Below, one piece after another: positions 1 to 9,678 of a DNA stretch of 64,000 nt. The translations under genes and the position numbers were made by a program. Source of the stretch: Patescibacteria group bacterium. Lineage in GTDB: Bacteria; Patescibacteriota; Patescibacteriia; UBA11705; DATKZF01. Under the pieces are notes generated by a model. The model made no database searches and was not told the origin of the DNA. It worked only from the letters and a program-made list of their open reading frames with translations. Position 1 is the first letter of the stretch. Every line of letters begins with the position of its first letter. The stretch lies in contig JBMORT010000008.1 of NCBI GenBank assembly GCA_049319825.1, positions 12,331 through 76,330 on the forward strand, written 5' to 3'.

Positions 1-19
1 AGCCAAAGCCTGGTCGCCG

Positions 20-796
20 GTGCCGGCCGCGAGCATTGCCGTCCTCGAGGATCTTTACGACTTCAGCGGGAATTTGACCGCGAAAGCGGCGATCGTGGCC
101 GATACCAAGACCGGAGAAATTTTATTTAAAAAAAACTCGGAGCAAGTCCTGCCCATTGCCAGTATCAGCAAGCTGGTGACCGCGCTTGTTTTTCTCGATT
201 ATAATCCTGGCTGGAATAAAATCATTACCATCGAAGAATCGGATAATGCCGGCGGCGCCGGTTTGCCGGTCGAGGCGGGCGACAAAGTTACGGTTCGGGA
301 TACTTTCTTTTCCGCGTTGCTGGCTTCAAACAATAATTCTGCCCGCGCCCTAATGCGTTCGACAGGGCTGAGCGAAGCTGATTTTGTCAAAAAAATGAAT
401 GAAAAAGTTAAGGAACTGGGCACGTTAAATACTCAATTTATAGAGCCGACCGGGCTTTCAGAATATAATTTATCCACCGCTCAGGATTTATTTAAAATCA
501 GCCGCGCCGCGTTCAGCCACTATGAATTTTTGGAAGCGACCACATTGAAATATTATCGGGTGACGGTCCAGACGCCTGAAGAGACCAAGCAAGTTTGGAT
601 CAAAAACACGAACAAGCTGGTCGATCGCGACTTATATCTATTGGGAGGAAAAACCGGCTACACCGAAGAGGCCGGCCGCTGTCTGGTGACCAAGGCCAGG
701 CAAGGCGACAGGGAATTGATCGCTTTGGTATTAAACTCTGATATCAGCCAGAATTATGAAGAGGTTTACAGTTTGCTGAAGTTTTATTTGAAGTGA
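20..796 (+). CDS. D-alanyl-D-alanine carboxypeptidase (serine peptidase S11, PBP5/6-like); true N-terminus may lie upstream of the window
   Basis: SxxK motif SISKLV, SxN-like LASNNNS and KTG motif GGKTGYT in the ORF translation. Confidence 0.75.
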   Translation: MPAASIAVLEDLYDFSGNLTAKAAIVADTKTGEILFKKNSEQVLPIASISKLVTALVFLDYNPGWNKIITIEESDNAGGAGLPVEAGDKVTVRDTFFSALLASNNNSARALMRSTGLSEADFVKKMNEKVKELGTLNTQFIEPTGLSEYNLSTAQDLFKISRAAFSHYEFLEATTLKYYRVTVQTPEETKQVWIKNTNKLVDRDLYLLGGKTGYTEEAGRCLVTKARQGDRELIALVLNSDISQNYEEVYSLLKFYLK

Positions 797-844
797 ATCT
801 ACGAGATTACGAGATCTGCGTTACGAGATGGTACTGATTACAAG

Positions 845-1144
845 ATGTACATGATATCCAAAAAGCATCTCGTATATCTTGTACCGAGATCTTGTAATCT
901 TGTAAATTCAAAATATATGAAAATAACCCCAGACCAATTTAAAAAAATGCTTCAGACAATGTCCGGCAAAAATTATTTGTCCGAATCTCTGCTTAAAGAA
1001 GTGCGCGATCGCGGCTATGGCGACTATTTGTATTATTCTTGCCCGAAAGAAAAGGCGATCGAAATCGTTAAAGAATTGCAGCGCGATAAAATATTGCCGT
1101 CACATAAAACGCCGGAGAGCGTCTTCGCGTCAATAATTGAGTAA
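845..1144 (+). CDS. hypothetical protein (99 aa)
   Basis: ORF only; no recognisable motif. Confidence 0.3.
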   Translation: MYMISKKHLVYLVPRSCNLVNSKYMKITPDQFKKMLQTMSGKNYLSESLLKEVRDRGYGDYLYYSCPKEKAIEIVKELQRDKILPSHKTPESVFASIIE

Positions 1145-1237
1145 TCAAAGCCTAATCTTTCGCATCTCGATTTTCGCCTTTCGCTTTTCACCTCTCGCAT
1201 TAACAATCATCAATCATTTTTTATGTATTCATGTAGT

Positions 1238-1348
1238 ATGGATCAATTCAAAGTGATTGTAATTTGTAACAACGAATCTCGTTTTATGCCATCAGTGATT
1301 GTAATTCGTAATAACAATCAACAATTAACAATCATCAATTAAATTTTC
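1238..1348 (+). promoter_or_regulatory. GTAAT-repeat upstream element (family 1: gtgattgtaatttgtaa ... gtgattgtaattcgtaataa) preceding mnmA
   Basis: Direct repeats of ATTGTAATT(T/C)GTAA. The same TTYGTAAT repeats recur at 39640-39717, 40615-40679 and 52625-52685, each ending immediately before an ATG. Confidence 0.3.
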
Positions 1349-2425
1349 ATGTCTCAACTTTCCACGAAAATTGCTGTCGCCATGTCCGGCGGCGTTGATT
1401 CCAGCGTCGCTGCTTTGATTTTAAAGCAAAAAGGCTATGATGTTTTCGGAGTGTTTGCCAAGTTTTGGGCGCGGGAAGACGGGGAGGACGCCAGAGAAAA
1501 CATTTGCTGCTCGAAAGAATCGCGAGACGATGCCAAAAGAGTTTGCGACAAGCTGGGAATTCCTTTTTACACGGTTAATCTGGAGTCGCCATTTAAAGAA
1601 AAGGTCGTGGACAATTTTTTACTTGAATATAATGAAGGCCGCACGCCTAACCCTTGCGTTCGGTGCAACCAATTCATAAAGTTTGGCGAGCTTTTGCAAA
1701 AAGTTGAAAAGCTCGGCGCCAGCCATCTGGCAACCGGACATTATGCGCAGGTAAAACAAACGCGCGGACAATACAGACTGCTGCGCGGACGCGATAAAGA
1801 AAAAGACCAGTCCTATTTTCTATGTCGCCTAAACCAAGACCAGCTTTCAAAAATAATGTTTCCGGTCGGGCATCTGACGAAAAGCAAAGTCAGGAAAATT
1901 GCCGCGAAAAATAATTTGCCCACGGCATCGAAAAAAGAATCGCAGGAAGTTTGCTTCATCCCGTCAGGCGATTTGCAGGATTTTCTGGCGCAATACTTGG
2001 ATTTGGAGCCCGGGGAAATAAAAGACATTGATTCAAAAGAAGTTTTAGGCGAGCATAAAGGCCTGGCAATGTACACGATCGGCCAGCGAAAAGGCATCGG
2101 TCTGGCCGGCGGGCCGTATTTTGCGGTTGAATTGGATAAGAAAAAAAATGTTTTATGGGTGACAAAAAATCAAGATCATGAAAAATTAAAAATTGACAAA
2201 TTGGTTTTAAAAAACATAAATTGGATCGTTGACTCGCAAGATTTTGCATTCCCGATAAAATGCACGGCCAGGGTCAGATACGCCAGTACGGAAACGCCGG
2301 TTAAAATTTTTAAAACAGACGATGAATATTTGATTGAATTTAAAAAAACCCAATGGGCAGTAACGCCCGGGCAGTCGATTGTGTTTTGGAAAGGGAAGGA
2401 AGTGTTAGGCGGGGGAGTAATTTAA
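1349..2425 (+). CDS. mnmA: tRNA-specific 2-thiouridylase MnmA
   Basis: PP-loop SGGVDSS near the N-terminus, conserved catalytic Cys residues, 358 aa typical length. Confidence 0.9.
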   Translation: MSQLSTKIAVAMSGGVDSSVAALILKQKGYDVFGVFAKFWAREDGEDARENICCSKESRDDAKRVCDKLGIPFYTVNLESPFKEKVVDNFLLEYNEGRTPNPCVRCNQFIKFGELLQKVEKLGASHLATGHYAQVKQTRGQYRLLRGRDKEKDQSYFLCRLNQDQLSKIMFPVGHLTKSKVRKIAAKNNLPTASKKESQEVCFIPSGDLQDFLAQYLDLEPGEIKDIDSKEVLGEHKGLAMYTIGQRKGIGLAGGPYFAVELDKKKNVLWVTKNQDHEKLKIDKLVLKNINWIVDSQDFAFPIKCTARVRYASTETPVKIFKTDDEYLIEFKKTQWAVTPGQSIVFWKGKEVLGGGVI

Positions 2426-2618
2426 ATCCTTCTGTCATTTCGACTGAGGTCGAGGCTTTGCCGAAACCGAATGGAGTAATCTAATAAAAGTTATTGAGCT
2501 CTTTTAATAAATCAATCAATACAAAATTGAAAATTAAAGCTTTCTTTACTTTTTTTTCTAAAAATTATATAAAGATAACAGGATTGAGTGTGAAAAGACA
2601 TGGAAAGGAGCAGTACCC

Positions 2619-3080
2619 ATGTCTTTGCGAGAAAAAGCGAGAAACGTTTTATTTCACGTAAGCAGTATCATCGGGATTGTCGCTGTTGGGCTGTGTCTGT
2701 TGGCTGTCGCTGGATTTGCCGGTACCCGAGCTTGTTCATGCACCATCTACAAGGTTTTCGACATCGAAAATGATTATGAAGGAAAGTTCTTGAAGCTAGG
2801 TGTCGACTACATCGATGATCCGATAGATGGTATGCCGATCGATGAACGTGAATATGCTGAATTCGAATCGATGGACAGCGTCCCATGGCATCGAGCTTGG
2901 GATGGCAAGTTCAGAGCGTACTTGTCCGCCCCTCATGATGCGGACATTTTCCAGACAAGCAAATGCTACTCGCTCCGGGGCATAGAAATTGTCCATGGCC
3001 TTGTTGGCGGGTTCTTTAAGGCTTCTCCTGATCTTAGTGATAAGTATATAGGATCAGTCAAGGAAATTCCTTGCCAATGA
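2619..3080 (+). CDS. hypothetical membrane-anchored protein (153 aa)
   Basis: N-terminal hydrophobic segment; GGAAAGGAG Shine-Dalgarno 8 nt upstream of ATG. Confidence 0.4.
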   Translation: MSLREKARNVLFHVSSIIGIVAVGLCLLAVAGFAGTRACSCTIYKVFDIENDYEGKFLKLGVDYIDDPIDGMPIDEREYAEFESMDSVPWHRAWDGKFRAYLSAPHDADIFQTSKCYSLRGIEIVHGLVGGFFKASPDLSDKYIGSVKEIPCQ

Positions 3081-3158
3081 CGGTTATCAATATACCGTCT
3101 TTTTGTACAATCAGACTTTGCCAAAATATAATTTTTATGTTAGTATAATATTCCTGTT

Positions 3159-3797
3159 TTGGGAAAGGGGGAAAATGTGGAAACGGCCAGAGTAGTCGGG
3201 CATTCGGTGTCCTCCGTGTCAATTACCCCAAAAATTAAAGCGGCCATGTACCGCGAAAGCAGGATGACTTGGGATACACTAGTGTATCCTTTGGATAAAT
3301 TGAGAGAAAAAGGCAAACAAGCTTTGGTTAATTTTTTTCGAGCTCATCCTTGGACCTATCTGGATTGGCATTTCGGCAAGATATTTTACCGGGCCGAATC
3401 CAAAAAAATGGTATTTTATTTTTGTTTCGAGGGACCGGCCACCATTCGTGTTTACTCGTATCGATTAAAAAGAATCGATAATTGGGCGGATGACGTCACT
3501 ATCACCGAACACGCGTTGGAAAAGTTTACTCAGCGAAGCATACTGCTTGGCCGTAAATTTGCCGGTTCGCCGGCTGCGGTCAGCGAGTTGCTGCGTTTGA
3601 TTGCCATGTCCAGCTCGTCTGAGATTGCTTCGGATCAGCGTTTCATTCGGTTAATTCACAATAAATGCGAATTGGTGGAATATCGCGAAAATGCCGGTTG
3701 GCGGTTCGTGGTGAAAAAAATCGACTTTGGCTATCGCGTGCTCTATGTTTTAATAACCTGCGAGCGGATTAAGCCGGAGGAAAACATTGTTGCGTAA
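3159..3797 (+). CDS. hypothetical protein (212 aa)
   Basis: ORF with a GGAAAGGGGG RBS-like sequence upstream. Confidence 0.4.
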   Translation: MGKGENVETARVVGHSVSSVSITPKIKAAMYRESRMTWDTLVYPLDKLREKGKQALVNFFRAHPWTYLDWHFGKIFYRAESKKMVFYFCFEGPATIRVYSYRLKRIDNWADDVTITEHALEKFTQRSILLGRKFAGSPAAVSELLRLIAMSSSSEIASDQRFIRLIHNKCELVEYRENAGWRFVVKKIDFGYRVLYVLITCERIKPEENIVA

Positions 3798-3821
3798 GAT
3801 TCATAATCTTGCGTTTTTTAT

Positions 3822-5666
3822 TTGAAAAAAAACATTAAATTGGATAAAATGAAAGCATTAGTAAATAATTTTGGTGACTTTATGATTACCGCAGCTGAGC
3901 TCAGAAGAAAATACATTGAGTTTTTCAAAGAAAAAGGCCATAAACAAATAGCTTCGGCTTCTTTGATTCCCGAAAACGACCCGACTGTTTTGTTCACCAC
4001 GGCCGGCATGCACCCCTTGGTGCCGTTTTTAATGGGCGAGAAACATCCGTCGGGAAAACGTTTGGTTGATTTTCAAAAATGCGTCAGAACGGACGATATC
4101 GACGAAGTCGGCGACAGAACTCATCACACATTTTTTGAAATGCTCGGCAATTGGTCGCTCGGGGATTACTTTAAAAAAGAAGCGATCGAGTGGAGCTTTG
4201 AATTTTTAACCGATAAAAAATGGCTGGGCTTGCCGCTTGAAAAATTGGCAGTCACTTGTTTTGAGGGCGATAAAGACGCGCCGCGCGATGAAGAGTCCGC
4301 TGAAATCTGGAAAGGTTTGGGCATTCCCGAGCATAAAATTGTTTTTTTAAGCAAAAAAGACAACTGGTGGGGTCCGGCCGGCGAGACCGGACCGTGCGGG
4401 CCGGACACGGAAATGTTTTATTATATTGGCGAAGGCAATCCGCCGCGGGATTCCAATCCTGGAAATGATGAAAGAAATTGGGTGGAAATTTGGAATGATG
4501 TTTTCATGCAGTACAATAAAACGATTGACGGAAATTACGAGCCGCTGATTCAAAAAAACGTTGATACCGGCATGGGGCTTGAGCGGACTTTGGCGGTGAT
4601 CAGCGGCCTTGACGACAATTACCGCACCGAGCTTTTCTGGCCGATTATTGAGAAAATTCAGGAGTTGTCAGGAAAAAAATATGACGAAAGCGAAAAAGTC
4701 ATGGTTTCGATGAGAATAATTTCGGATCATCTTAAAGCCGCGACCATGATTTTGGGCGATGAGCGCGCGGTGGCGCCGTCGAACGTTGACCAAGGCTACA
4801 TCTTGCGAAGGTTAATCAGGCGAGCGATCAGACAGGCCAAGCAAATCGGCATTGGAAACAACTTTACAGTCGAGCTGGCAAAAGTGGTTGTTAATATGAT
4901 GGCAAAGACTTATTCCGAGCTTTTGGAAAATAAAGTCAGTATTTACGATGAATTGAAAAAAGAAGAAGAAAAATTCAGGCAGACGCTGGAAAAAGGGGAG
5001 AAAGAATTCAATAAAATGTCCAAAGACAAAAAGATCAGCGGCACCGAAGCGTTTATTTTGTTTTCGACTTACGGCTTTCCATTGGAAATGACCATGGAAA
5101 TGGCTAAGGAGATTGGGGCTAAAATTGATGAAAAGGAATATTTAAAAGAGTTTAAAAAGCATCAACAGCTGTCAAAGACCGCCTCGGCCGGCAAGTTTAA
5201 GGGCGGCTTAGCCGACGCTTCAGAGGAAACAAAGCGCTTGCACACGGCCGCGCATTTGATGCTGGCCGCTTTGCGAAAAGTTTTGGGCGATCATGTTGTT
5301 CAAAAAGGTTCAAACATCACGCCGGAGCGGCTACGGTTTGACTTTTCGCATCCTGATAAAATGACGGCCGAACAGAAAGCTGAAGTTGAAAAGCTGGTCA
5401 ATGAAGCGATTGAAAAAGATTTGCCGATTTCCTGCGAGGAGATGACGCTTGACGAAGCGAAAAAGATTGGAGCGATGGGCGTGTTTGAATCCAAATATGG
5501 CGAGAAGGTGAAAGTCTATACGGCCGGCAAGGGCAAAGATATCTTTTCCAAAGAAATTTGCGGCGGCCCGCACGTGACACGCACCGGCGAGCTGGGCAAG
5601 TTTAGGATTAAAAAAGAAGAATCGAGTTCTGCCGGGGTGAGGAGGATAAAGGCGGCGCTGGAGTGA
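3822..5666 (+). CDS. alaS: alanine--tRNA ligase, short form (catalytic plus editing domains, no C-Ala domain); true start probably near 3894 (MITAAELRRKY)
   Basis: FTTAGM...FQKCVRT...HHTFFEMLGNWSLGDYFK class II AlaRS core; HTAAHLM...HxxxH editing-domain motifs; the ORF ends after the editing domain at a TGA stop. Confidence 0.85.
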   Translation: MKKNIKLDKMKALVNNFGDFMITAAELRRKYIEFFKEKGHKQIASASLIPENDPTVLFTTAGMHPLVPFLMGEKHPSGKRLVDFQKCVRTDDIDEVGDRTHHTFFEMLGNWSLGDYFKKEAIEWSFEFLTDKKWLGLPLEKLAVTCFEGDKDAPRDEESAEIWKGLGIPEHKIVFLSKKDNWWGPAGETGPCGPDTEMFYYIGEGNPPRDSNPGNDERNWVEIWNDVFMQYNKTIDGNYEPLIQKNVDTGMGLERTLAVISGLDDNYRTELFWPIIEKIQELSGKKYDESEKVMVSMRIISDHLKAATMILGDERAVAPSNVDQGYILRRLIRRAIRQAKQIGIGNNFTVELAKVVVNMMAKTYSELLENKVSIYDELKKEEEKFRQTLEKGEKEFNKMSKDKKISGTEAFILFSTYGFPLEMTMEMAKEIGAKIDEKEYLKEFKKHQQLSKTASAGKFKGGLADASEETKRLHTAAHLMLAALRKVLGDHVVQKGSNITPERLRFDFSHPDKMTAEQKAEVEKLVNEAIEKDLPISCEEMTLDEAKKIGAMGVFESKYGEKVKVYTAGKGKDIFSKEICGGPHVTRTGELGKFRIKKEESSSAGVRRIKAALE

Positions 5667-5727
5667 TTATGGATTATGAATCCCGTATCCTATTTTGCGC
5701 GGTGGGTTAGAAATTTTAAATAAAAAA

Positions 5728-5750
5728 ACTGAACGGAGAGGCCGTTCAGT
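5728..5750 (-). terminator. rho-independent terminator for the minus-strand small ORF (hairpin ctgaacgg-agag-ccgttcag followed by T7 on the minus strand)
   Basis: Perfect 8-bp stem with 4-nt loop, with the A7 run on + strand equal to a U-run on - strand. Confidence 0.45.
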
Positions 5751-5778
5751 TGACATCGCACATTGTGCTTCGTCATAT

Positions 5779-5958
5779 CTACCGACTACCGAAGATAAAG
5801 CCTCCTGCCACGAAGCCGATCAACCCGGAGAAAACCGAATAGATCATCTTGAGCAAGGATGTGTCCACGCGGGTCGTTTCGAGAAACGCGTAGTCTAAGC
5901 TGATCATCGCAGTGATCGTTATCGCGACAAAGGCGATAAAGAACAACAGCTTGGACAT
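5779..5958 (-). CDS. small membrane protein (59 aa, 2 predicted TM: MSKLLFFIAFVAITITAMISLDYAFLETTRVDTSLLKMIYSVFSGLIGFVAGGFIFGSR)
   Basis: Below the 60-aa ORF-track cutoff; preceded by AAAGGAG RBS; followed by the terminator hairpin at 5750-5728. Confidence 0.35.
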   Translation of the reverse strand: MSKLLFFIAFVAITITAMISLDYAFLETTRVDTSLLKMIYSVFSGLIGFVAGGFIFGSR

Positions 5959-6207
5959 GATGAGCTCCTTTCTTGTCTTGTCGGTGTCTGACGCGATGGT
6001 CTATTCAATAAAGTATAGCATAAAATAAAATAAGTGTCAATGTAATTATTTTTGTTTTTTGCTAAAATAAGACAAATTAATAATATTATCCATTCTTTTT
6101 CTGATACTGACAACGGAATGGGTTTATCGAAAGCTCAGTTGGGGTGAGGAGGATTACGGCGGTGCGGGAATAGACACGTAGCAAATAACACATAATAAAA
6201 TTTACAT

Positions 6208-6948
6208 ATGCCAATTGAAAAAACACCCGGCGGAGAGCGCTGGGGCAGTCGGGATTTTTTCCGCGGCCGCGGCTTTGTCAAGGGCCAGGACAAGTTGGTT
6301 AATAATGAAACCGATCTGCTTAAAGTCGTGGAGACAAAAAAAACAGGCAAGGGGCTGGTCGCAAAAGCGCCGATTAAAGAGGGCGCGAGGATATTCGGTA
6401 TTCAGGGATCGGAAGAAGAGATTGTTCAAGAGCGTGAACGGAAGTTTTCTAAATCCAAAGCCGATCGTTCGCCCTTGTTGAATCTTTCAGGCAATCCGGA
6501 TTTATATTTGCCAAATTCAATCTGCGTCGGACAAAAAACAGCTCCGGACGGTCGCGTTATAAATACCATGCTTGATCCAGATGATGATAACCCGCTTCGG
6601 TTTATTAACCATTCCTGCGATCCCAACGCGAGGAGAATGGGCCCGTTCGCGATCGGCGCTTTTCGAGATATCGCGGTCGGAGAGCCGATCACCATTGACT
6701 ATTCGATTTTGGAGGTCAATCCGGAATGGCGGATGAAGTGCCTATGCGGCTCGCCCGATTGCCGCGGCGAGATTCGCAGCGTTCAATATTTGACGCCAAA
6801 GCAAATTGAGCCGTCATGGAAGGATTTGCCGGGTTTTATCAAGCGAATCTACATGCAATCGGCTGAAAAGCGGTTTTTAAGCCAAAAAGACAAAGAAGTA
6901 TTGAATAAATTGAAGGAGAATATGGAAAGCTTTGGCTTTGGCGATTGA
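6208..6948 (+). CDS. SET-domain protein (putative protein-lysine methyltransferase)
   Basis: RFINHSCDPNA (NHSCxPN), ITIDYS, and a C-terminal post-SET Cys cluster KCLCGSPDCRG. Confidence 0.65.
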   Translation: MPIEKTPGGERWGSRDFFRGRGFVKGQDKLVNNETDLLKVVETKKTGKGLVAKAPIKEGARIFGIQGSEEEIVQERERKFSKSKADRSPLLNLSGNPDLYLPNSICVGQKTAPDGRVINTMLDPDDDNPLRFINHSCDPNARRMGPFAIGAFRDIAVGEPITIDYSILEVNPEWRMKCLCGSPDCRGEIRSVQYLTPKQIEPSWKDLPGFIKRIYMQSAEKRFLSQKDKEVLNKLKENMESFGFGD

Positions 6949-6985
6949 TTTTTTTAACTTTCATGATTAATTTTATCTTTACACT

Positions 6986-7189
6986 ATGGCTAAACTATTT
7001 TTAATGCGCGAAGGCGAGAGGGTTCCCCAACCCCCAGAGGAACTCCAAAAACTAAGGAAAGAAGCACAAGCTCAAGTTGAGAAGGGAGAGAACCAAAAGG
7101 AATTAGACAAAATTTTAGAATTCGTTGATTTTAAATTACTACAAGAAATGCTTAGAAAATTTTTAATATCCCGCTCGATAAAGATTTAA
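6986..7189 (+). CDS. hypothetical small protein (67 aa)
   Basis: ORF only. Confidence 0.2.
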   Translation: MAKLFLMREGERVPQPPEELQKLRKEAQAQVEKGENQKELDKILEFVDFKLLQEMLRKFLISRSIKI

Positions 7190-7218
7190 ATTTTGTAGGG
7201 AAGGGGTCTGTAGCAGAT

Positions 7219-7680
7219 ATGCCCAGAAATCTTTTTGGTCAATATGATCCGGTGGCAAATAACCTTAAAATCAGTTACATGGCCGCCAAGGAATATACTG
7301 ATTCTTTTGTTGAAGAGATTAATGATTCGGCCGCAGAGGATGACTCAAGAGAAAAAATTACCCCTCAAGAACGCGAACAAATACTTGCGCTATTTACATT
7401 AAAAACGCTCATCCATGAAGAAATCCATGCGATGACCGAAATCAAGTTAGTTAAGAAACCGCAAGCTCCTTTAGAAGAACATACCGATTCGTTTGATAAG
7501 CGAGATGGTACTTGCGTCACAGATGTTGAAATTGGTTTTGCGAATTTACGTGAAGGTATCTTCAAACAGAGCTTCATGGTTCTTGAGGAAGGGTTTACCG
7601 AGCGTATGGCACAAGATGTATTTCCAAAATATCTCAAATCTCTGGGTATTTTTTTTCCAAAAAAGTTCGTGATCTTGTGA
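7219..7680 (+). CDS. hypothetical protein with HExxH motif (possible small zinc-metallopeptidase-like protein)
   Basis: LIHEEIHAMTE contains HExxH. Confidence 0.35.
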   Translation: MPRNLFGQYDPVANNLKISYMAAKEYTDSFVEEINDSAAEDDSREKITPQEREQILALFTLKTLIHEEIHAMTEIKLVKKPQAPLEEHTDSFDKRDGTCVTDVEIGFANLREGIFKQSFMVLEEGFTERMAQDVFPKYLKSLGIFFPKKFVIL

Positions 7681-7988
7681 TAGATCTTGATAAAGAGGTG
7701 ACTCCTTATACGGCTGAAGTTATTGTGTCAAAAAAAATGACCGCGGCTATTGCTTTACATGCGGGCGTATCTGAAGATGTCGTGTATAAAGCTTTTATTC
7801 GTGCTAAAGCAGAAGGAGAGAATTTACTTGAAGATGTGTTGAAAGCATTTATTGAAGATGCGACATTGCCAGGTTTAATAGCCGATAAGTTGAACCGCAT
7901 TTGTCCTATCTATGAGATTGAAGAAATAATTGTTAAACTTAGTAAGAAGGCAGAGGAGGATAAAGGCGGTGTTGGAGTAAATAATTAA
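7677..7988 (+). CDS. hypothetical protein (103 aa); overlaps the previous stop by 4 nt
   Basis: ORF; ATGA-type translational coupling overlap with the upstream gene. Confidence 0.3.
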   Translation: MIDLDKEVTPYTAEVIVSKKMTAAIALHAGVSEDVVYKAFIRAKAEGENLLEDVLKAFIEDATLPGLIADKLNRICPIYEIEEIIVKLSKKAEEDKGGVGVNN

Positions 7989-7998
7989 TCAAAAAAAT

Positions 7999-8547
7999 AT
8001 GAAAAAATCATTTTTATGTTTATTAATTCTTTGTTTTTGTTTGGTTTTGGCAGCCTGCGCCAATCCAAATATCGACACTTCAAATGATGTAGAAAATGTT
8101 AATTCTATGCCCGCGCTAACTAATTATGAAAACCAAGAATTGGGTATAGCTTTTCAATACCCGGCTGAATGGGGAGAGGTAGTTGAAAATAAATATAAGG
8201 ATACTGCGTTGCTAACGTTAAAATTCAAAAAAAACGATGAGATAAACAACTTGATTGATTTTTCCTCGAGCAAAGATATTGAGGAAGATATGGATTTTCG
8301 TTCATGTGACGATATTTTAAAGAATGGCTATAATTCCGGAGATAGAATTCCTTTAAGTTGTGAAACATTCAATATTGATGGACAAAATGTCACTGTCTCT
8401 TATTTTAAGCAAGATAGATATTCAAGTTCCGATGTAAAGCAGGCTCAAATTATGACGAAGAAAGGAGTATGGTTTATGTCCCTTTATGATATGAATGGGG
8501 ATAGCCACTTTATGAATATTTTAAATTCAATGATGTTCTTGAAATAA
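7999..8547 (+). CDS. putative lipoprotein (182 aa)
   Basis: Signal peptide with lipobox LAAC (MKKSFLCLLILCFCLVLAAC). Confidence 0.5.
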   Translation: MKKSFLCLLILCFCLVLAACANPNIDTSNDVENVNSMPALTNYENQELGIAFQYPAEWGEVVENKYKDTALLTLKFKKNDEINNLIDFSSSKDIEEDMDFRSCDDILKNGYNSGDRIPLSCETFNIDGQNVTVSYFKQDRYSSSDVKQAQIMTKKGVWFMSLYDMNGDSHFMNILNSMMFLK

Positions 8548-8628
8548 AATAGATGGAAATAAGAGGGGAGAATAAAGTCGGCGCTGGAGTAATTTATTGC
8601 TTGTTAATATATTAAAAACCCATTCATG

Positions 8629-8862
8629 TTAGAACGGGTCTTTGATATCCGGGGATGGTTTGAACCCTCTCATCGCTACAGCCAAGCTCTGAGTCAGCAG
8701 CTTTTTATCTGCGTCGGATAATGAAATTGTGGAAATTACAATTTCCGCTATTTTTTTTACATGTACCGACGAAAGAGATTCGGCTCGGGTGATTGTCACA
8801 TGCCCTCTCCGAATTTCGATATAGTAACGATTGTTTCGCGCAATGATTATGACATTATACAT
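8629..8862 (-). CDS. hypothetical protein (77 aa)
   Basis: ORF only. Confidence 0.3.
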   Translation of the reverse strand: MYNVIIIARNNRYYIEIRRGHVTITRAESLSSVHVKKIAEIVISTISLSDADKKLLTQSLAVAMRGFKPSPDIKDPF

Positions 8863-9006
8863 TTGTTTTTCCTCTAAAACAGGAAAAGCGCATTTTAATT
8901 ATATACACGTTTTTTTTCTTAGTCAATTTCGGTTCAGGATTGGTTGTTGACTTTATCGTAAATAATAAATATACTGGCATATTGCCGCTGCGTAAAGGAG
9001 GGGAGC

Positions 9007-9579
9007 ATGCAAATTCAGACATTATCGAGCAAATACGCTGCCGGCCGGCACTGGGACAACCATCCTAACATTTATGCCAAATATTTCGGAGATTTTTTAC
9101 GTCGAAATTTATTTAATGGTGAAATCGTCGATATCGGCTGCGGCTGCGGCCGAGATGTGGAAGCTCTGAATTCATTCGGCTATCAGACAATGGGAATTGA
9201 CAAATCACCGCAGGAAATCCGTTCGGCCAGAAACAAAAGGCCGCGATCGCTTTTCGCGGTAATGGACGCGGAGCGGCTGGCGTTTGCGGATGGGAGCATC
9301 GGCGCGTTTTATATGATTAATGTCATTCATTATGTTGACGCGGTAAAAGTCATTGCCGAAATGCATAGGACATTGAGATCGAGAGGGTTTTTGTTCATTC
9401 ATTTTAATCTATCGATCACCGATCAGAACGGCAATGTTGATTACCAGCTCTCCGAGCATGAAGTTTGGCGGCTGTTTCCAGCGTTTCGCGCCATGGGCCA
9501 AAAGTATTTTTCTCGATTCGACCCAATTCCTTTTCCACATCAGCACGACGTGCTGCAATTGATTTTCAAAAAGCTTTAA
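9007..9579 (+). CDS. class I SAM-dependent methyltransferase
   Basis: Motif I VDIGCGCGRDV and downstream motif II-like AVMDAERLAFADGS; GGAGGGGAG RBS. Confidence 0.7.
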   Translation: MQIQTLSSKYAAGRHWDNHPNIYAKYFGDFLRRNLFNGEIVDIGCGCGRDVEALNSFGYQTMGIDKSPQEIRSARNKRPRSLFAVMDAERLAFADGSIGAFYMINVIHYVDAVKVIAEMHRTLRSRGFLFIHFNLSITDQNGNVDYQLSEHEVWRLFPAFRAMGQKYFSRFDPIPFPHQHDVLQLIFKKL

Positions 9580-9678
9580 GGCGCCACCGCGTCTTTTTTT
9601 GATTTTTGGGAATAATTTGGTAAGATGAATTATCATGGATCACGTATCATGGATCATGTATCAATTTAATATTGTTAT

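Noticed and set aside
5666-5700. UGA recoding (genetic code 25) to extend alaS into a C-terminal domain
   Set aside because: Reading through the TGA adds only ~20 residues before a TAA, with no C-Ala-like sequence. TAA and TGA stops elsewhere give normal-length proteins.
6128-6175. tRNA-like D-arm sequence AAAGCTCAGTTGGGGTGAGGAGG
   Set aside because: No matching acceptor stem, anticodon arm or GGTTCGAATCC T-arm follows. It is more likely SD-like leader sequence of the SET-domain gene.
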